In this document: positions 40,541 through 57,420 of the stretch, piece by piece
Position numbering within the stretch: the stretch's first letter is position 1
Layout: the number at the start of each line of letters is the position of its first letter
Source: the human T2T-CHM13v2.0 reference genome, Homo sapiens
Length of the DNA: 64,000 nt
NCBI RefSeq assembly: GCF_009914755.1
Contig: NC_060931.1
Direction: 5' to 3' (one strand)
Position numbers and translations under genes: made by a program
The notes under the pieces: model-generated
Seen by the model: the letters and a program-made list of their open reading frames with translations, nothing else
Database searches by the model: none
What the model was told of the DNA's origin: nothing

Positions 40541-41355
40541 CTCCTCAAATTCCTGGACTTTTGGTAAACCAGATGGAAGTTATCATCATATTTAACAAAA
40601 ATTGCAATAATGGTACAGTGCCTGCTACAATTTATATAGTCTTTGAATATTGTTGTTGGCATTAACAGTGAATTTTTATAAATAAAAATAAATAATTTTA
40701 TTGGTTTGAGGTTGATGAAACCAAACAGAAGAGTCAGTAAACCCCATTTGATAAAGGAAAACATACAGGAAATTTTAAAACAAGCAAAACAAAAATATAA
40801 GCAAAAACAAAAACAAAAAAAAAAAACACAGTTTAAAACAAGTTATAAGTGGCATTTATTTTTTCTGTATGTAATGCCAGAAACATATATATTAGTGCCA
40901 CAGATTCTTTTAGGTTGCCCAGGATGTTAAAGTTACCTTGTCCTTTTTGTTCTAAGTATCAACTAGGTTGAAACACCATTTCACATCCCAGCTCCCGTCA
41001 ACATGCCTTGGGTCTAGTAAGGGGCTTGAACTTTTGTGCCTGATCATATGTGGTCCCTATTTATTGCTTCACAGCAAACTCTTCATCTCCCTCAAGTCTT
41101 TCTACATATGGCTGTTTCTGTCTTTCCTCTCATGTCACCCAAATCAGTCCCTCTTCCACCCAGCTGTTGAGTAGGAGACTTCTACTAAAGATTGAGGAGT
41201 AACAGAAACACAGTGGGTGTACAAGAAATAGTGCTGCATCAATGAGCAGCACGTAATTTAAATTGGTACATTATACAGCCTTCTTTACCCTTAAAAATGT
41301 GAGGTCAGTTCCACAACTGAAAAAATATTATTTTCACTTCTGGGGCCATCTCTGA

Positions 41356-41784
<429 letters not shown>

Positions 41785-42296
41785 TTACATAAAACTGCTT
41801 TTTCACAAATTGAAGACCCATCAAGGTAATCCTCCAATCAGTTCTTAAAAATTAAACTTTTCCTGCCCTCTCTCTAAGATTCATAATTATTTAATATATT
41901 TGATAGTAGATCTTGTAAGAGCTGTAATGCTACATGAATCTTCATAATATAAACCAAGGTGTTTTTTTTCCATTATCCTAAATTAGTAGGAAAAAGGATT
42001 AGGTCTGAATTTAGTAACCAGATCCTAGTTAACATTTAAAATCTAGAGGCCCTGTTTATACACTTTGGCAGAAAACAAGGCCAACAGACAGAGCCCGGTG
42101 TGACCGCTCTGGAATGGTTTCTTCTTTCCCATTGAGCTGAGACATAGGAAAACTCTGTAGTAACTGGAATCAAGAACCAAATTGGGCAGTGAGTAAGATA
42201 AACACACTTTGGCTCAGCAACAGTTGAATTGATAAATGTCCACTTCAAGCCAAGCTGTTTTTAAAGAGCATATATTCCTTATGAAAATATCTGGGG

Positions 42297-42398
42297 GGCG
42301 GGAGGCAGAGTTTGCAGTGAGCCGAGATCTTGCCACTGCACTCCAGCCTGGGCGACAGAGCCAAGCTCTGTCTCAGGAAAAAAAAAAAAAAAAAAAAG
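42297..42398 (+). mobile_element. 5'-truncated Alu (right-arm 3' end)
   Basis: GGGAGGCAGAGTTTGCAGTGAGCCGAGATC...CTGGGCGACAGAGC plus A-tail; TSD core ATATCTGGG on both sides. Confidence 0.9.
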
Positions 42399-43067
42399 CA
42401 TATATATATATATCTGGGTGGTACAGAGAGGTGAATCTTAGCTTAAAGAGGGTTGGCCTGGAAGACCTAAGAATACAAATATCAAATAAGTAGGGCCTTT
42501 AAAAAATATGGGAATTTATAGGGTGGTTTTCCAAGTGAAGGAAACCATACCCTTAAATGCATTTCCTTTTCTGTTCTTGAGTTTCTCAGTGGTAGAGCTA
42601 CTCAATCCTCCATGCCTTATATTTCACATGTTAGTCTAATAACCTCAACTGGGAATGTCAGAGAGGTTAGACACAAGTTTAACATTGGGTACCAGACTTA
42701 TATATCAGTAAAAAGACCAATTCTGTGGTTCTCTGACTTTTAAATTTCACTTAGTACATCTCAAAAATAAATATTAATTCATTATAGCTACTAAGTTTTG
42801 TAATTTGGATAAGTGAAAAGTTAAAAAATAACAACAAAAGGACCTCTACATATAATCATTTCACAAAAGCAAAAGAAAGGGTATTTTAACACCAGAAAGG
42901 GTAGAAAAGCTTCTTAGACAAATAATTAAAAAGTCCTTAAAAATAAGTGTAGCTTTGTAAAAACTTTTAAATATTATGTTCTAGCTTTCATTTGGCCCAG
43001 ACCCAAGATGAATTATTCAGACTGACTCCAAAGTGCAAGCAAGTGATTGGGAATATTGGAATAGTTC

Positions 43068-43108
43068 TTTTATTTTATTTTATTTTATTTTATTTTATTT
43101 TATTTTTT
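43068..43108 (+). repeat. (TTTTA)n
   Basis: Direct observation. Confidence 0.9.
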
Positions 43109-43767
43109 TGTCACCACTTTTCTCACTATAATTACCTGGTAGAAACTTGCATCTTCAAGTGCACAGGTTCGCATAACTTCTCAGTCTCCTTCTGGTTTTC
43201 ATTTGTTTATAACTTTAAACCACTACTGACTTTAAAGTGTTCAGCATAAAACCCAATTTGTGCTTTTATTCATTTACAACAGATGAGGTCAGAGTGAAAA
43301 GAGGGGCAGGTTATAGCTTCCCTTTTTTGTAGCCCCCTTTATTAAAATCACTTGCAGCATTTTTATAAGGTTCACACTTTTCTCTAAGATGTAATTTGTA
43401 TAAACGATACTTTATTTAGAACTGTTTAGTAAGTAGTAAACCTGGGGCCTCAAAGTCTCTATAAAAAACTTACGGCCAAAATGACCTTCATCTAAATCAC
43501 AATACAGAAACCTAATAATTTTTCAAACATGCAGAAGCCTTAAGCAGAATGAAATTCCAATAACATATGCTACAACTGATGACAATGAATGCAGCCAATC
43601 CTAAAAGAACCAAGAGGTATTGTTTACCAGGGTGAGAAACAAGATGAAAAAGACCTTACTACTCTTTTTGACTGAAAAGACATTGTCAGTCAGTCTGCCA
43701 AAGGACTGGTACTTAAAATTCATTTTAGACTTACAACTATGGGGATATTAGTAACTATTACAGATAA

Positions 43768-43798
43768 CACACAAACACACACACACACACACACACAC
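43768..43798 (+). repeat. (CA)n microsatellite
   Basis: Direct observation. Confidence 0.9.
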
Positions 43799-45204
43799 CC
43801 TTTATACATTTCTAATTCCAATTTTAATTTGAAAGTGATATGCAAGAAGCAGGCCATGAAACTGAAGGGCAAGACATGATAGGCATAACACAAATTAATG
43901 AGTAATTTTAATAAAGAAAAATGTATTGAAAGAAGGAAATTGTTAGATAGGGAAGCACATCTCCATCTTCCAGAATATGTCATTTTTTTCTTAGCATGTA
44001 TGTCACTAGACCATGTAAAATTCCTGTCAACTATCCTCATACTTTGCAATTTAGCTTAAAATATACAGGATATACTATGGTAATAAATTGTGTTGGTCTA
44101 ATAAGGTAATGTGTGAGCTGGATCGCTGAGTATGTCTTTATAGTAACAAGTATATAAAAAGTACTTTTAAAAATCACTTAGCAATGATGAAGTTCTTTTC
44201 ACCATTTACATAAAATGCAAAATGTATTTTCTATTTTACACAGAAAAGTACAAGCAGATATAAAATTCCATGTGCATCACCAGTTATGCCCCATAGAAAA
44301 TATTATTTGCATGACTAAAAATAAGTATGGAATTAAGTGGCATTTGGTAGAAGATAAACTAACTTCAAGAAAATCACAGCCTTTCAACAAAGAGTAGTTT
44401 GAGAAATTTTACATATTTAAAATTATAAAGTAATAAGACTTCAGTTTTGACTCAATTTGATACTGTTTCTCTTAAATGTTTTTTGTTTAATACAAAGAAT
44501 TTATATTCTCAAATATAATGAAAGAAAATGGGTATAATTTTATGATTATAATAATGTTTTACATTTATGTAAAAGAGAAATGTCACTGACTCTAGTATAG
44601 AAAAAATTGAGAAAAACTGAATTTGTTTTTTTAAATAAAATAAATTCCTACTATTATTATATAATAAATATACATTGTAGAAAATAAATTCAGCAACAAA
44701 ATTAATATTTTCCCAATCAAAAGCATAACTAGTATATTGAATTTCAGATCTTTTTATATATAAGTATTTATATTTTATTCTTTTTCTGATCTTATCTTAC
44801 ATTCTCTTGTGACCTGTTTTTTTTTCACCAGCATCTATTTTCATTTCTCTATTTCTGTAAAATTATAACTTTTTAATACATAATTTACATTTAAATTATC
44901 TTAATGGACTCCAAAATGTTCAAATCAGTGGCTAGTTCCAGACAAAATATTGTTTCTGCTTTTAATGTTTCTTAATCTTCTTTCCTCTTTATTAGACATT
45001 TCTTAAACCTCTTAATTTAGGATGTTTTTCTACTGTCTCTTCTTAGAAATGTTTTATCACTGAGAATTTCTAACATTTATAAAATAGAATAGGATGACTC
45101 CCTGTGCACTCATCAACTAATTTCAACATATGTTAACCCAAAGACACACTTTCTGTCCCTGCATAAAACAAAACTAAATTATTTGCAGTAAATCCTAGTC
45201 TTAA

Positions 45205-45519
<315 letters not shown>

Positions 45520-45577
45520 TCCTATCACTTTATCTGTAAAACTCCAGTTATATCTCTGTAAGACAGGTGCTCTTTTA

Positions 45578-45942
45578 GGGAATAGAATGATGGTCACTAG
45601 AGGCTGGGACAGGTAGTGCAGGGGGTTGAGGGATGAAGGCATATGGTTAGTGGAAACAAAATGTACTTAGATAGAAGGAATAAGAAATAGTGTTTGGTAT
45701 CACAGTAGGATGACTATAGTTAGAAATAATGTATGTATATTTCAAAATAACTAAAACAGTGGAATTAAAATGTTCCTAACACAAAGAAACGGCAAATGCT
45801 TGAGATCAATACTCCAGTTACCTTGATTTGATCTACACCTTGCATCCTAATATCAAATTATCACATGTATGCCATAAATATGTACAATTATTTATTCATG
45901 AAAATGAAAATTAAAAAATTTATAAACAACAATAAAGCAAAA
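45578..45942 (+). mobile_element. L1MA 3' end
   Basis: AATAGAATGATGGTCACTAGAGGCTGGG...TTAGATAGAAGGAATAAG...CCATAAATATGTACAATTAT; TSD TGCTCTTTTA on both sides. Confidence 0.85.
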
Positions 45943-46477
45943 AGATGCTCTTTTAAAAATATAACATAATAACATCAATATACATACTATGTATATGTAA
46001 ACATGTGGATATGGGTTTTTTAAGTATCTAAAAAGATATGTACATGTACACACACATTTCCTGTACATGTGTTTGTATGTGTAATTACATGTGTCAGAAT
46101 AAAAGTATTAATATAATGAATAACATATAGTAGACTAAAAATATCTACTGAATACAGTATATTAATATTTTTAAAATTGTTTTTGTACTTGTGCTGTATG
46201 TATAGGGGTGTACAGTCAAATTATCATGTTTTAAAGGCATTTGGAATAATTTCACTATGTGTGGTTTTATCATCAATTCAATACATAGTTTAATTTGCTT
46301 CACTTTGTTTCAGGTTTTAAGAATTGCTATTTTTTCCCCACTTAAAATATTTTTTAGAATTATGCAAAACATTTACATGGATATAGAATAAAAATCTACA
46401 AAACAAAGTACAGTAGGAGAAGTCCAACTCTTATTTCTTTCCCTCTAATCTTTGTCTCTCCTTGTGCCATAGGTATC

Positions 46478-46508
<31 letters not shown>

Positions 46509-46546
46509 TTGTATATATATGCGTGTGTGTATATATATTTATATAC

Positions 46547-46623
<77 letters not shown>
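46478..46623 (+). repeat. Compound (TG)n/(TA)n microsatellite at an Alu tail
   Basis: Direct observation. Confidence 0.95.
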
Positions 46624-48160
<1,537 letters not shown>

Positions 48161-50049
48161 AATCATATGAACTTGCTGAAGTTAACGAAGCAGCTGTCCA
48201 GAAGAATGTCCTGCATCTTGGGTTTGTCTGCTTGCTTCCTTTTGAGATATTTTACTTTATTTCTCATTTTGCTAGAAGTTAAATATAAAAAGCTTTATAA
48301 AATCAAATGAAGCATTTTTGACTAGAATAAAAACTGATAAAATTATATCTGTCACAGTACATCATAGCAGAATTTATGTAATATCGGTTTGACACACCAT
48401 TAATGGTACTATAATTTGTCACTAAACAAGTTAACACAGATCATCTCTCTGTCATACATTTTTCCTTGAAATTTGTAGAAATAAAATTTATAATACATCC
48501 AAATTTAATTAGTTAATTTTAATTAATTAAACTTTATTTATAATTTAAAAATAAAATTTATCAATGAATTATTTAATATAGATTGACATATTTTATAAAA
48601 ATAATACTCGAACTATAAGATAAAAAATTGAAAATATGTTACGGCAACTAGAATTATAGTTGCCTAATTTTAAAAAAACTATCTGTAGCTTTCTGTTTTC
48701 ATCTACTTTTATTTTTAAAATTGTGTTAATACTTATATTGTTATTACGGTAAGGGTCTAAACTTGCCTTAATAATGATACAAGTATTAATACTTATTATA
48801 TCAAATCATATCAAATCATCATATAATCAGTAGACATTTTAATGACAAATGAATGATTTAAATAATTTTTCTTTTTACTTGTTCCCTTATTCTAGGCAGA
48901 CAAAGCAAATTGCAAAAAAAAAAAGATCACATTCAACAAAAATATGTGAACAATTTTTTAAATTGATAATTGTAAACTATGAGTTTCAAAAATATTTTTG
49001 TATTCAATTTTACTAGAATAATTGAGTATATATTGTACATATTTTTATAAATAATTTTTAACAATTTTTTCACCTTTTAATGAGAGCATGGATATTTCCC
49101 CTCTAATTATTTTATGCATGCATGGGTTAATATGACTTGTTTCTAAAATCATGCAAGATGCAGCCTTAATTGTTTTCCCTTTTTTATTTTCAGAAATGTC
49201 AGCAGTTACTAACATTTTTCATATTTCAAATAAATAAATAGATGGGAATTCAAGGAGTTCTACCATAGATATATCACTTAATTATCTAAATCCCTTCTCT
49301 ATTGTATGCAAAAACTGTATTGTGATCATTTACCAAACATTGCTTTTAATGATTTATTAACTGACAACCTTATCTGACCATCTTTCAATCTTGTTGAAAG
49401 CAAATATTGGAAAGCACTTGAATTGTAAAAGCATTTGTTACCCAATCAGTAAAGTCATGCACATCCTCAATTTTGGGGAAGTCTAAAAATTGACATGACC
49501 AAGATCTGTCCAATGTCTTAGTTTTCATACACGTGTTAGAAGTTAAAGGATGCTTCTTAGGCAACAGTGAATTTCATTGTTTTTTTGTTTAGTAGTACAA
49601 AGTAAGTGAGAATGAATGATGGCTGGGAGTTGGTCAGAAAGTGTGGGAACTGACAGAACAGCTTTACAGCAAGTGTCTTCTCAGGCAAATAGATTTTGCA
49701 AATAGTATCTATGAAAATGAGAATATGAGCTGGAAAGTGACTGCCTAAAAATTGTCCATATCAGCTCCACCCTTGGTAAGTAGGTATTCCAGGGTACACA
49801 TGTCTCTCAGTTTGAAGAACACTGTCCATAGGTTCCCACAAAGTAACGTGCGGTGCCTTTCAAAAGAAAAGAAATGTTGATAGAGGAGATGCTGATAAGT
49901 TTCAATAAACTAATTCAGGAGCCAGCACTTCAAATTTGTTTAGATCATCGTGGGTTTAAATATATATATATATATTCTGGAAGCCTGTGTTGTCTCTTTC
50001 CTTAGAAGACTCTAAAAATGGTCAACTGGAATCTGTTTCTCCTTTGCAT

Positions 50050-50606
50050 TAATCAGCTTGTGTTAATCAGCTCAGTTAGAACCTCTGCCTATTCGCAAAG
50101 ACAGAGGGCTTTCTGTATCCTGGGTTCTTGCCTTAGTGTATTGGAAAAATCGGATCACACAGGAGCTTGGAGAATGAGGGCAAAGTTCTGTTGACTGGAA
50201 GTAGCTCTCAGTAGCTCTCATTGAGCTGAATGGGGAGGACAGCAGGGGATGGAGTGAGAAGTTGGAATTGAGCCGCCCAGCGGCCAGACTGTCCTTTTGC
50301 AGAATTCCCCTCGGCGTCCGCGTCGTTCCGCTATGGATGGCCTTCCAGGATCTGACGATGTGTTCTGCCAGTGTGTTCCTCTCGACATGTAGCTGCTTGT
50401 GTCTGTGCCCACTAGGATCCTGGGGTTTTTATAGGCACAGGATGGGGGAGTGGCGGGCCAGGGTGGTCTTGGAAAATGCAACATTTGGGCATGAAAATAG
50501 GAGTGCCTGTCCTCACCTAGGTCCATGGGCACAGACTCGAGGGTGGAGCTCTAGCCAGGGACCCACCCTTCTCTACCCAGCACTTCCCTGCCCACCTGCA
50601 GTATCA
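50050..50606 (-). mobile_element. ERV1 LTR of the LTR1/MER52 type, 3'-truncated
   Basis: Minus strand begins TGATAC; GGGAAGTGCTGGGTAGAG, CAAATGTTGCATTTTCC, TATA box CCTATAAAAA; homologous to 56055-56881. Confidence 0.8.
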
Positions 50607-53600
50607 TGTGATATATACTTATACACAGTTACACATTATATTTAATATACTATTTAACATTTTATACATCAGTGCCTAAGGAAAGTACATAAAAAATTCC
50701 ACCTAATATTTGGTATGGTTTTTGGCAAGAGGAATTGTATTTCTCTGTGAACAATTACTATTATTACCAACTTAGATTACTTAAAAGGTAATCAGGAAAG
50801 CATAGGTAGTAAAATGACATACACATGTTCAAGTACTTAAAATCTTGCATAGGATGAGATATGGTAAATTGGACAGAGATGACAAAATGAATGGAAAATG
50901 GCGTGGAGGCTAAGCATGATAATAATGTGTCTTATTCAATTCTACGATTTAATGATATTTTGATTTAAGGTTAGATACAATCCAAATCTATGAAATTTTA
51001 GATTATTAGCAAATGTAAATTATTTTTTAGTTTTCCCCAAAAAACTGAATTAAGTTACTTATAGTGTATTAAATGGGGCCATTTGTACATTCAATAGCTC
51101 TATTTAATCAGAAACACTCAAACTGTTTCCTTGAAAATATATACAGGTGTAAATAATAGTGGAAAATGCGCTTGGCAAGGTATCTTTGGAGCTTGCCAAA
51201 CCCCAGACATCTTAGAAATGCTTGAAGATGTTATAATGAACAAAACATACTACCAGTCCACTGAACCTTGGCGATATGTGTCAGGAAAGCAGACAAAATA
51301 CCAAATATGTTATCATGCTTTCACTTAACCAAAGCCATCCTTTTGCATTTGAATTTTACTAAAGACTTATCCAATTTTTAGTTCAGCTCTGAGATGAATT
51401 AGTGTGTTAATTAAACCAATGGCAGATTCCAATAAAACTTTTCATCAGTGGCTTATAATAATCTCTGAAATGGAATTGGGCATATATGCTTTGAAGACTT
51501 TCACAAAAGGACACAACAGCATTTAATGAGTTGTCTAAACTTTATATTGGGGAATGAATTTCCTACCAGTGGTACATGGAAGTTTTTGCATTAGAAAAAT
51601 GTTAGCAAAAACACACACCATATGCTCCTGTTGCAGGAACTTTGAGAGCCTTATTATGTCTCATAATAGACACAGAGCAGTACAAATTCTTATTTTTACC
51701 TTGTACGCTGTCTATTCTTCATGTCAAATGTGTACAAAATGAGTTCCTCTTCTACTGATCCAAGACTATTTTCTTCTTCCTTTTATTACCTGAAGTCTAC
51801 TTCTATGTTATCATTCTTTTATATGAATTGAAATTGAACACATATTTTATGCAGTACATCAAGTCCAGCATAGCTTATTTATATGTGAATTATTTTGCTT
51901 CTAATAAGAGAACAATCCACAATCCATCCTACATTATATATTATATTAAGTGGGTTAGCAAAGAGGGGATTCTAGAATATATGAAAACTACTGGGTGAAT
52001 GTTCTGTTTTTAGTTTGCTGCTTCCATTAGGATTCCTCTAAACTGAGCTAAGAGGAACTTTCTTTGATTTCATTATGAAGAATTACTAAAAGATTTCTGA
52101 CATTCAGGTGAGAGGGCAGAAGGAACCAAGAGGCATGTAAAGCTAGCAGCATGCAGCTCATTCTCATTTAGAAATATCCAAAAGGCTCAGCCACAAGTGG
52201 AAAAACCACTGGAATGCCAAGAGTGCAAATGTTTTAAGAAGACAAGAATTCTAATTAGTCTGGATGGGAAACTCAGCATGACGTTCGATAGCTGGTTTGA
52301 TGTTTAGAGTCATTACACTGAACCGTGTTGGTAGGATTATACAATACTATTGTGATAATACAAATGTTAAATAAACCACCTACCTCAGAAATTTCTAAAC
52401 AGAACTTTACAGTTTTTGGAGCAAATAAAAAAAATCTTAGTATTTTTCTTTGTTAGATTTCCTAATGAATTTAGCAGTCTTTACACTTAGCAGGAAATCT
52501 GGACTGATCATTTGAGGCCTGGTTTCTTTATACATTTTGGAGTACGGGTTTGCTTTTGGACACCTAATAAATCATGATCTAACATCTAAGAGAGACTTAT
52601 TGCTATATTGTGAAATCAAGGGAAGAAAAAAAAAACAGTGTAAATACTTGGACTATCTTGTTATGTTCTTTGACATATAGGACAGTAATGAACCAAAAAG
52701 CAAAATTCTCTAGCAATGATATGTTAGTGCCCCAGTTTTATTATGTTGAATTAGTAATGGTTTTGTGTTTGAAAATGTTAAGCCTTACCTTGTTTGTAGT
52801 TCACCAAGGAATACGACCATATGTGATGCTTTTTCTGTTTCAGGCAATGCCCCCACTGCTGGATAGATTGCTGTTGACAGCTTTTGACCAGAGGGAGCCA
52901 TTAGATTTTGCTGGCTAGCAAACAATTACAGCTTTGATATGAGCTACAAGGTAAAGATTAAAAGGAATACCAATGTCTAAAAATATGCTAGGCCTGTGTG
53001 GTCTCTAGTCCCTTCTTGTGCAAATGAAAAATTGTTTAGATGTACAAACTAACAAAAGACAAAACCAAAAAAAGCCAAACTTTTTAGGATTTGAACAAAG
53101 GTCATCTGAATGCTGAAAGATCCCTTTAAGAATAGTAGAGACTTCATACCATTATAAAGAATTCAAAAGTTTCATTTAAAGATAACAAATACCTTTCAAA
53201 TGATGCTATTAGTAAGGTAGGTTTAAAAATAATTTTTGTATTTGGAAATGTGCTGCTTTTATTTCTAGCAGTGTAGTCTTAGGGGAACAGTTATATCTTA
53301 CATATTATGATGCAATAGTGCATTTAAACTGACTAGGCATATGGGTCAATGAATGCTGTCAAACAATAAGATAAAATGACTGTTCATACTATTTGGACAT
53401 TGCTGAGCATAAGCTAAATCCATAGTTTGTTAGTTTGAAAACATTGCTTGGAATAGCAAAAGGGACAGGAACTATGGCAAATTTAGCATCTCATAGATCC
53501 TGATATTATAAGAAAAATCAACTTAAACATTTTTATAGGTAAAGCCTATCTTCCTTTGGCAGAAAAGAACCTTACTTAGATTCTGAAGGGGATCTTACAG

Positions 53601-53969
53601 AGAAAAGATAAAAATACTAACTTTTTTTGTGTGTGTGGAGTGTTCTGTGCTCTGAGATTTTCAAAAATTGGAAGTAAATAGTAACCTATGAGTTCAATTT
53701 TAAAAAAGTAAAAGCTTTTGATGTCCTAAGACAAATGCAAACTTACAATCTTTTACTGTGGTAAAGTGAGATACATTACTCCTTATTAAAAGTCTATAGA
53801 TTTGATAATTTGTCAAAGTACTATTATATCACTTAATTTTTGTTTTGTTTTTAACTGCATGAATATTAGAATCATTTTTCCTCTGGTTATTTTCATGATT
53901 ATCTATAAGTATAAAGCAGAAACTGATGTATTAAACATAACATATTTAGGTTGACTAAAGTATGAAAAC

Positions 53970-54385
53970 TGATATGGTTTGGATGTTTGTACCCTCAAAA
54001 TCTCATGTTGAAATGTGACCTCCAATGTTGGAGGTAGACCTGGTAGGATGTGTTTGGATCATGAAAGTGGATTTCTCATAAATGACTTGGTGCCATACTT
54101 GTGGTAACAAGTGAGTTCTCATTCTATTAGTTCATGCAAGAGCTAGTTGTTTAAAAGAGTCTGGCACCTCTTTCCCTGTTCTCTTGCTCTCTCTCTCACC
54201 ATTTGGCAGGTCTGCTCCCCCTTCACCTTCTACCATGAGGAAAAGTTTCCTGAGGGCTCACCAGAAGCTGAGCAAATGCTGGTGTCATGTTAGTATAGCC
54301 TGTAGAATCATGAGCCATATCTCTTACATTTATAAATTACCCAGGCTCAGGTATTCATTATAACAATGCAAAACATATTAGCACA
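53970..54385 (+). mobile_element. MSTB-like solo LTR
   Basis: TGATATGGTTTGGATGTTTGT...CACCAGAAGCTGAGCAAATGCTGG...ATAAATTACCCAGGCTCAGGTATTC...CA. Confidence 0.9.
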
Positions 54386-54899
54386 ATAGTTAAAAATGCA
54401 TAGTTTTATCATTTTATGTTGTTTTCAAATATAGCCATCTTGTGTAAATACAAACTTGCCTTACTTTTGAACAAATCCATATACTAAGTATTTTCCCTCG
54501 CATTGCCTCTTATAAGATTTCTGAAACAACTTTAGTCTGTTTTAACGTGTTTGCTACCCTCTTCAGTTAAGATCAATAATCTGGCTTTTGGAAATGAAAA
54601 TATGATTATCATACAATTGCCATGATGACACCAAAAAAATATAGTCTTTGTTCGATTCCCTGGATCCAAAATTACTATTAAATAACCTGCGTAGGTGAGA
54701 GAGATGACTTTCTTTACAATAATATGGAGCCAAATAAGAATCACTTCCTACTCCATGTCTGAAAGATTGCCTTAGTGGACAGTCTTCCTCCAAATTTTGG
54801 GTTTATGAAAGGTCTGGCTGTCTGGCATGTAGAACTACAAGTAGACAATTGCATTCTCATTTGGCTTATTTTCCAAAGTACGCCATTTTTTTTCCACTT

Positions 54900-55030
54900 T
54901 GCTTGTATTTCTATATCTGTTAATGGAGGATAACAATACTTAGCACATGAGTTGTTATGAGGCTCCTAAATTGCTTTGCGCACTGTCTGACATATGGTAA
55001 GTGCTCAAAAACTTAGCTAATTTTATAATT
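54900..55030 (+). mobile_element. MIR fragment
   Basis: ATCTGTTAATGGAGGATAACAATAC...GTTGTTATGAGG...TGACATATGGTAAGTGCTCAA. Confidence 0.65.
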
Positions 55031-55214
55031 GTAATTGCTTTTACCTACTTTTAGAGCACAGAGTCTTTGTCATATCATTAAAAGAGCAAATGATTGATTT
55101 AAAAATCAATGAATCTTCTGTGGACAGGTTATGAAAAATATGTTGATTAAAAAAGTCTTGAATGATATTTATCTTCTTGGATATCACCTAATTGCAAGTC
55201 TTTCTCTTTTCTCA

Positions 55215-55556
<342 letters not shown>

Positions 55557-56054
55557 TTCAAATCTCTGCCATGTAGATGTAGATATTACAAGTAAAATAT
55601 CATTAGTATTCTTCAAAAGAATCAATAGATGTTTACAGTAGCTAATAGCCTATCCAATCTCTAATATAATATGCACATTTTAAAAATTCTGATAAATGAA
55701 TATATATTTGAAAGAATCAAAATTAATTGAAACAACACAAAGAAAGCACTCAAATTTTATAAATGAATGAACAAGTAAACATTTTTATGTTAAAGAATAC
55801 TGAAAGAGGAAGTAAGCTATACATTACATTGTACTGCTAGATATAATTTGATCATTTCTTGGTTTTGTATCTGTTTCGGGTGTTTACACATATCTCTCTC
55901 TATGTAAGTGACTTGACTTTCTTCATTTTTCTACCCCTTACTTGAACCTTTTCCTTTTCAGTTTTCTTTGTCTCTCTACATTTGCCTAAGTGAGAAGGCT
56001 TAGTGTCACCCTTCAAAAGCCTCCTCTTCGCTTTCTGTATGCAGTCTGTCACAA

Positions 56055-56881
56055 AGATATGGGAGTGCTGGGAAGGAAAGAGCATAGTTCCTTTAAATGA
56101 TACGGAAGGTGGGAAGAGAAGTGCTGGATAGAGAAAGGTGGGTCCTTGGCTAGGGTTCCACCCCCACGGACTTGGGTGAGGACAGGTATTTCCTGCTCAA
56201 ATGTTGCATTTCTCAAGACCCTGCCATGCCCCCATCCTGGGCCTATAAAAATCCGAGACCCTAGCATGCACAGAGGTGGCAAGATGTTGAGAGAAGCACA
56301 TTAGCTGAAGAAGACGCAAGCGGCTGGTTGTGGAGAGGAGCACACCAGGGGAGGAGCATGCCAAGGGAGGAGCACACCAATAGATGCCAGAACTCAGGCA
56401 GGCCATTCACCAGTGGAACGACACAGAGTTCGGCTAGAGTGGTTGGAGAAGAGTCAGGTTTGACTTCAGGGGAAAACCATCCCCCTTCTGGCTCCCGGAT
56501 CTGCTGAGAGCTACTTCTACTCAATAAAACGTTACACTCATTCTCTAAGCCAACATGTGATCCGATTCTGCCAGTACACTAAGGCAAGAAACCCCTGTAT
56601 ACAGGAATCCCTCTGTCCTTGTGATAAGGAAGGGAGTCTAATTGAGCTGGTTAACACTAGCTGCCTATAGATGGCAACTAAGAGAGCACCCTGTTACACA
56701 CACCCACTGGGGCTTCAGGAGATGTAAACATTCACCTCTAGACACTGCTGTGACTTCCGATCCCCACAGTTTGCCGTCTGTATGCTCCCCTAAAGGTTTC
56801 AGCAGCAGGGCACTGAAGAAGCAAGCCACACATCCCCATCACATGCCCTGCGAGGGGGATAAGGGAACCTTTCCCATTTCA
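56055..56881 (+). mobile_element. LTR1-type ERV1 solo LTR
   Basis: GATATGGGAGTGCTGGGAAGG...TTTAAATGATACGGAAGG; TATA CCTATAAAAA (~56242); AATAAA (~56523); ends CCCATTTCA. Confidence 0.85.
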
Positions 56882-56889
56882 ATGATTCC

Positions 56890-57420
56890 ATTTCAAACTA
56901 TATCTTAGATTGGTCCACATTCTTCTGCCTACGCTACCATCGTTTCTTTCCTGAAGAACAACAACCACCTTCAACTTAGTGTCTCCTAGACTCTTTTTAC
57001 TTCCTTTAATCTAGTCCTCCCATAATCTAATGCAATCTTAAAATATAAACTTGTTTTCTGCATTTCCCTTCTTAAAATCATTTGATTGGTTTCTTATTGT
57101 GTGTGAATAAATTGAATATTCCTTGCTATGGTGACCTTCTCTCAGGCCCATATCATCTTTCACTGTACTCAAACCAAAGTGGCTTTCTTCCTATTTCTAG
57201 AAATATTCAAACTCTTTTTGTTATCAGAGCTTTAATATCTGCCCTTTCTTTGCCTCAAATGCTATTTTCCCAACTGTGCCTCAGGAAATATCTGTCTAAA
57301 TAAAAAGTCCGAGTTTTAAAAGTTAAAGTGTTTGAGAGAACTGTCCTAATCGAACAATGTAAGTTATATTATTTCTGTTACTCTGCTTTACAGACTCACT
57401 GTTATTTTGCCTGGTAGATG
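56890..57420 (+). mobile_element. L2 fragment
   Basis: Pyrimidine-rich L2-like tracts (GGCTTTCTTCCTATTTCTAGAAA, CTGCCCTTTCTTTGCC). Confidence 0.5.

Noticed and set aside
50218-50645. 104-aa and 127-aa ORFs with higher GC content
   Set aside because: They lie inside an LTR; no domain or splice support.
52846-52862. CTCF-like motif (minus strand CCAGCAGTGGGGGCA)
   Set aside because: Spacing is off by one base from the core consensus, so the match is weak.
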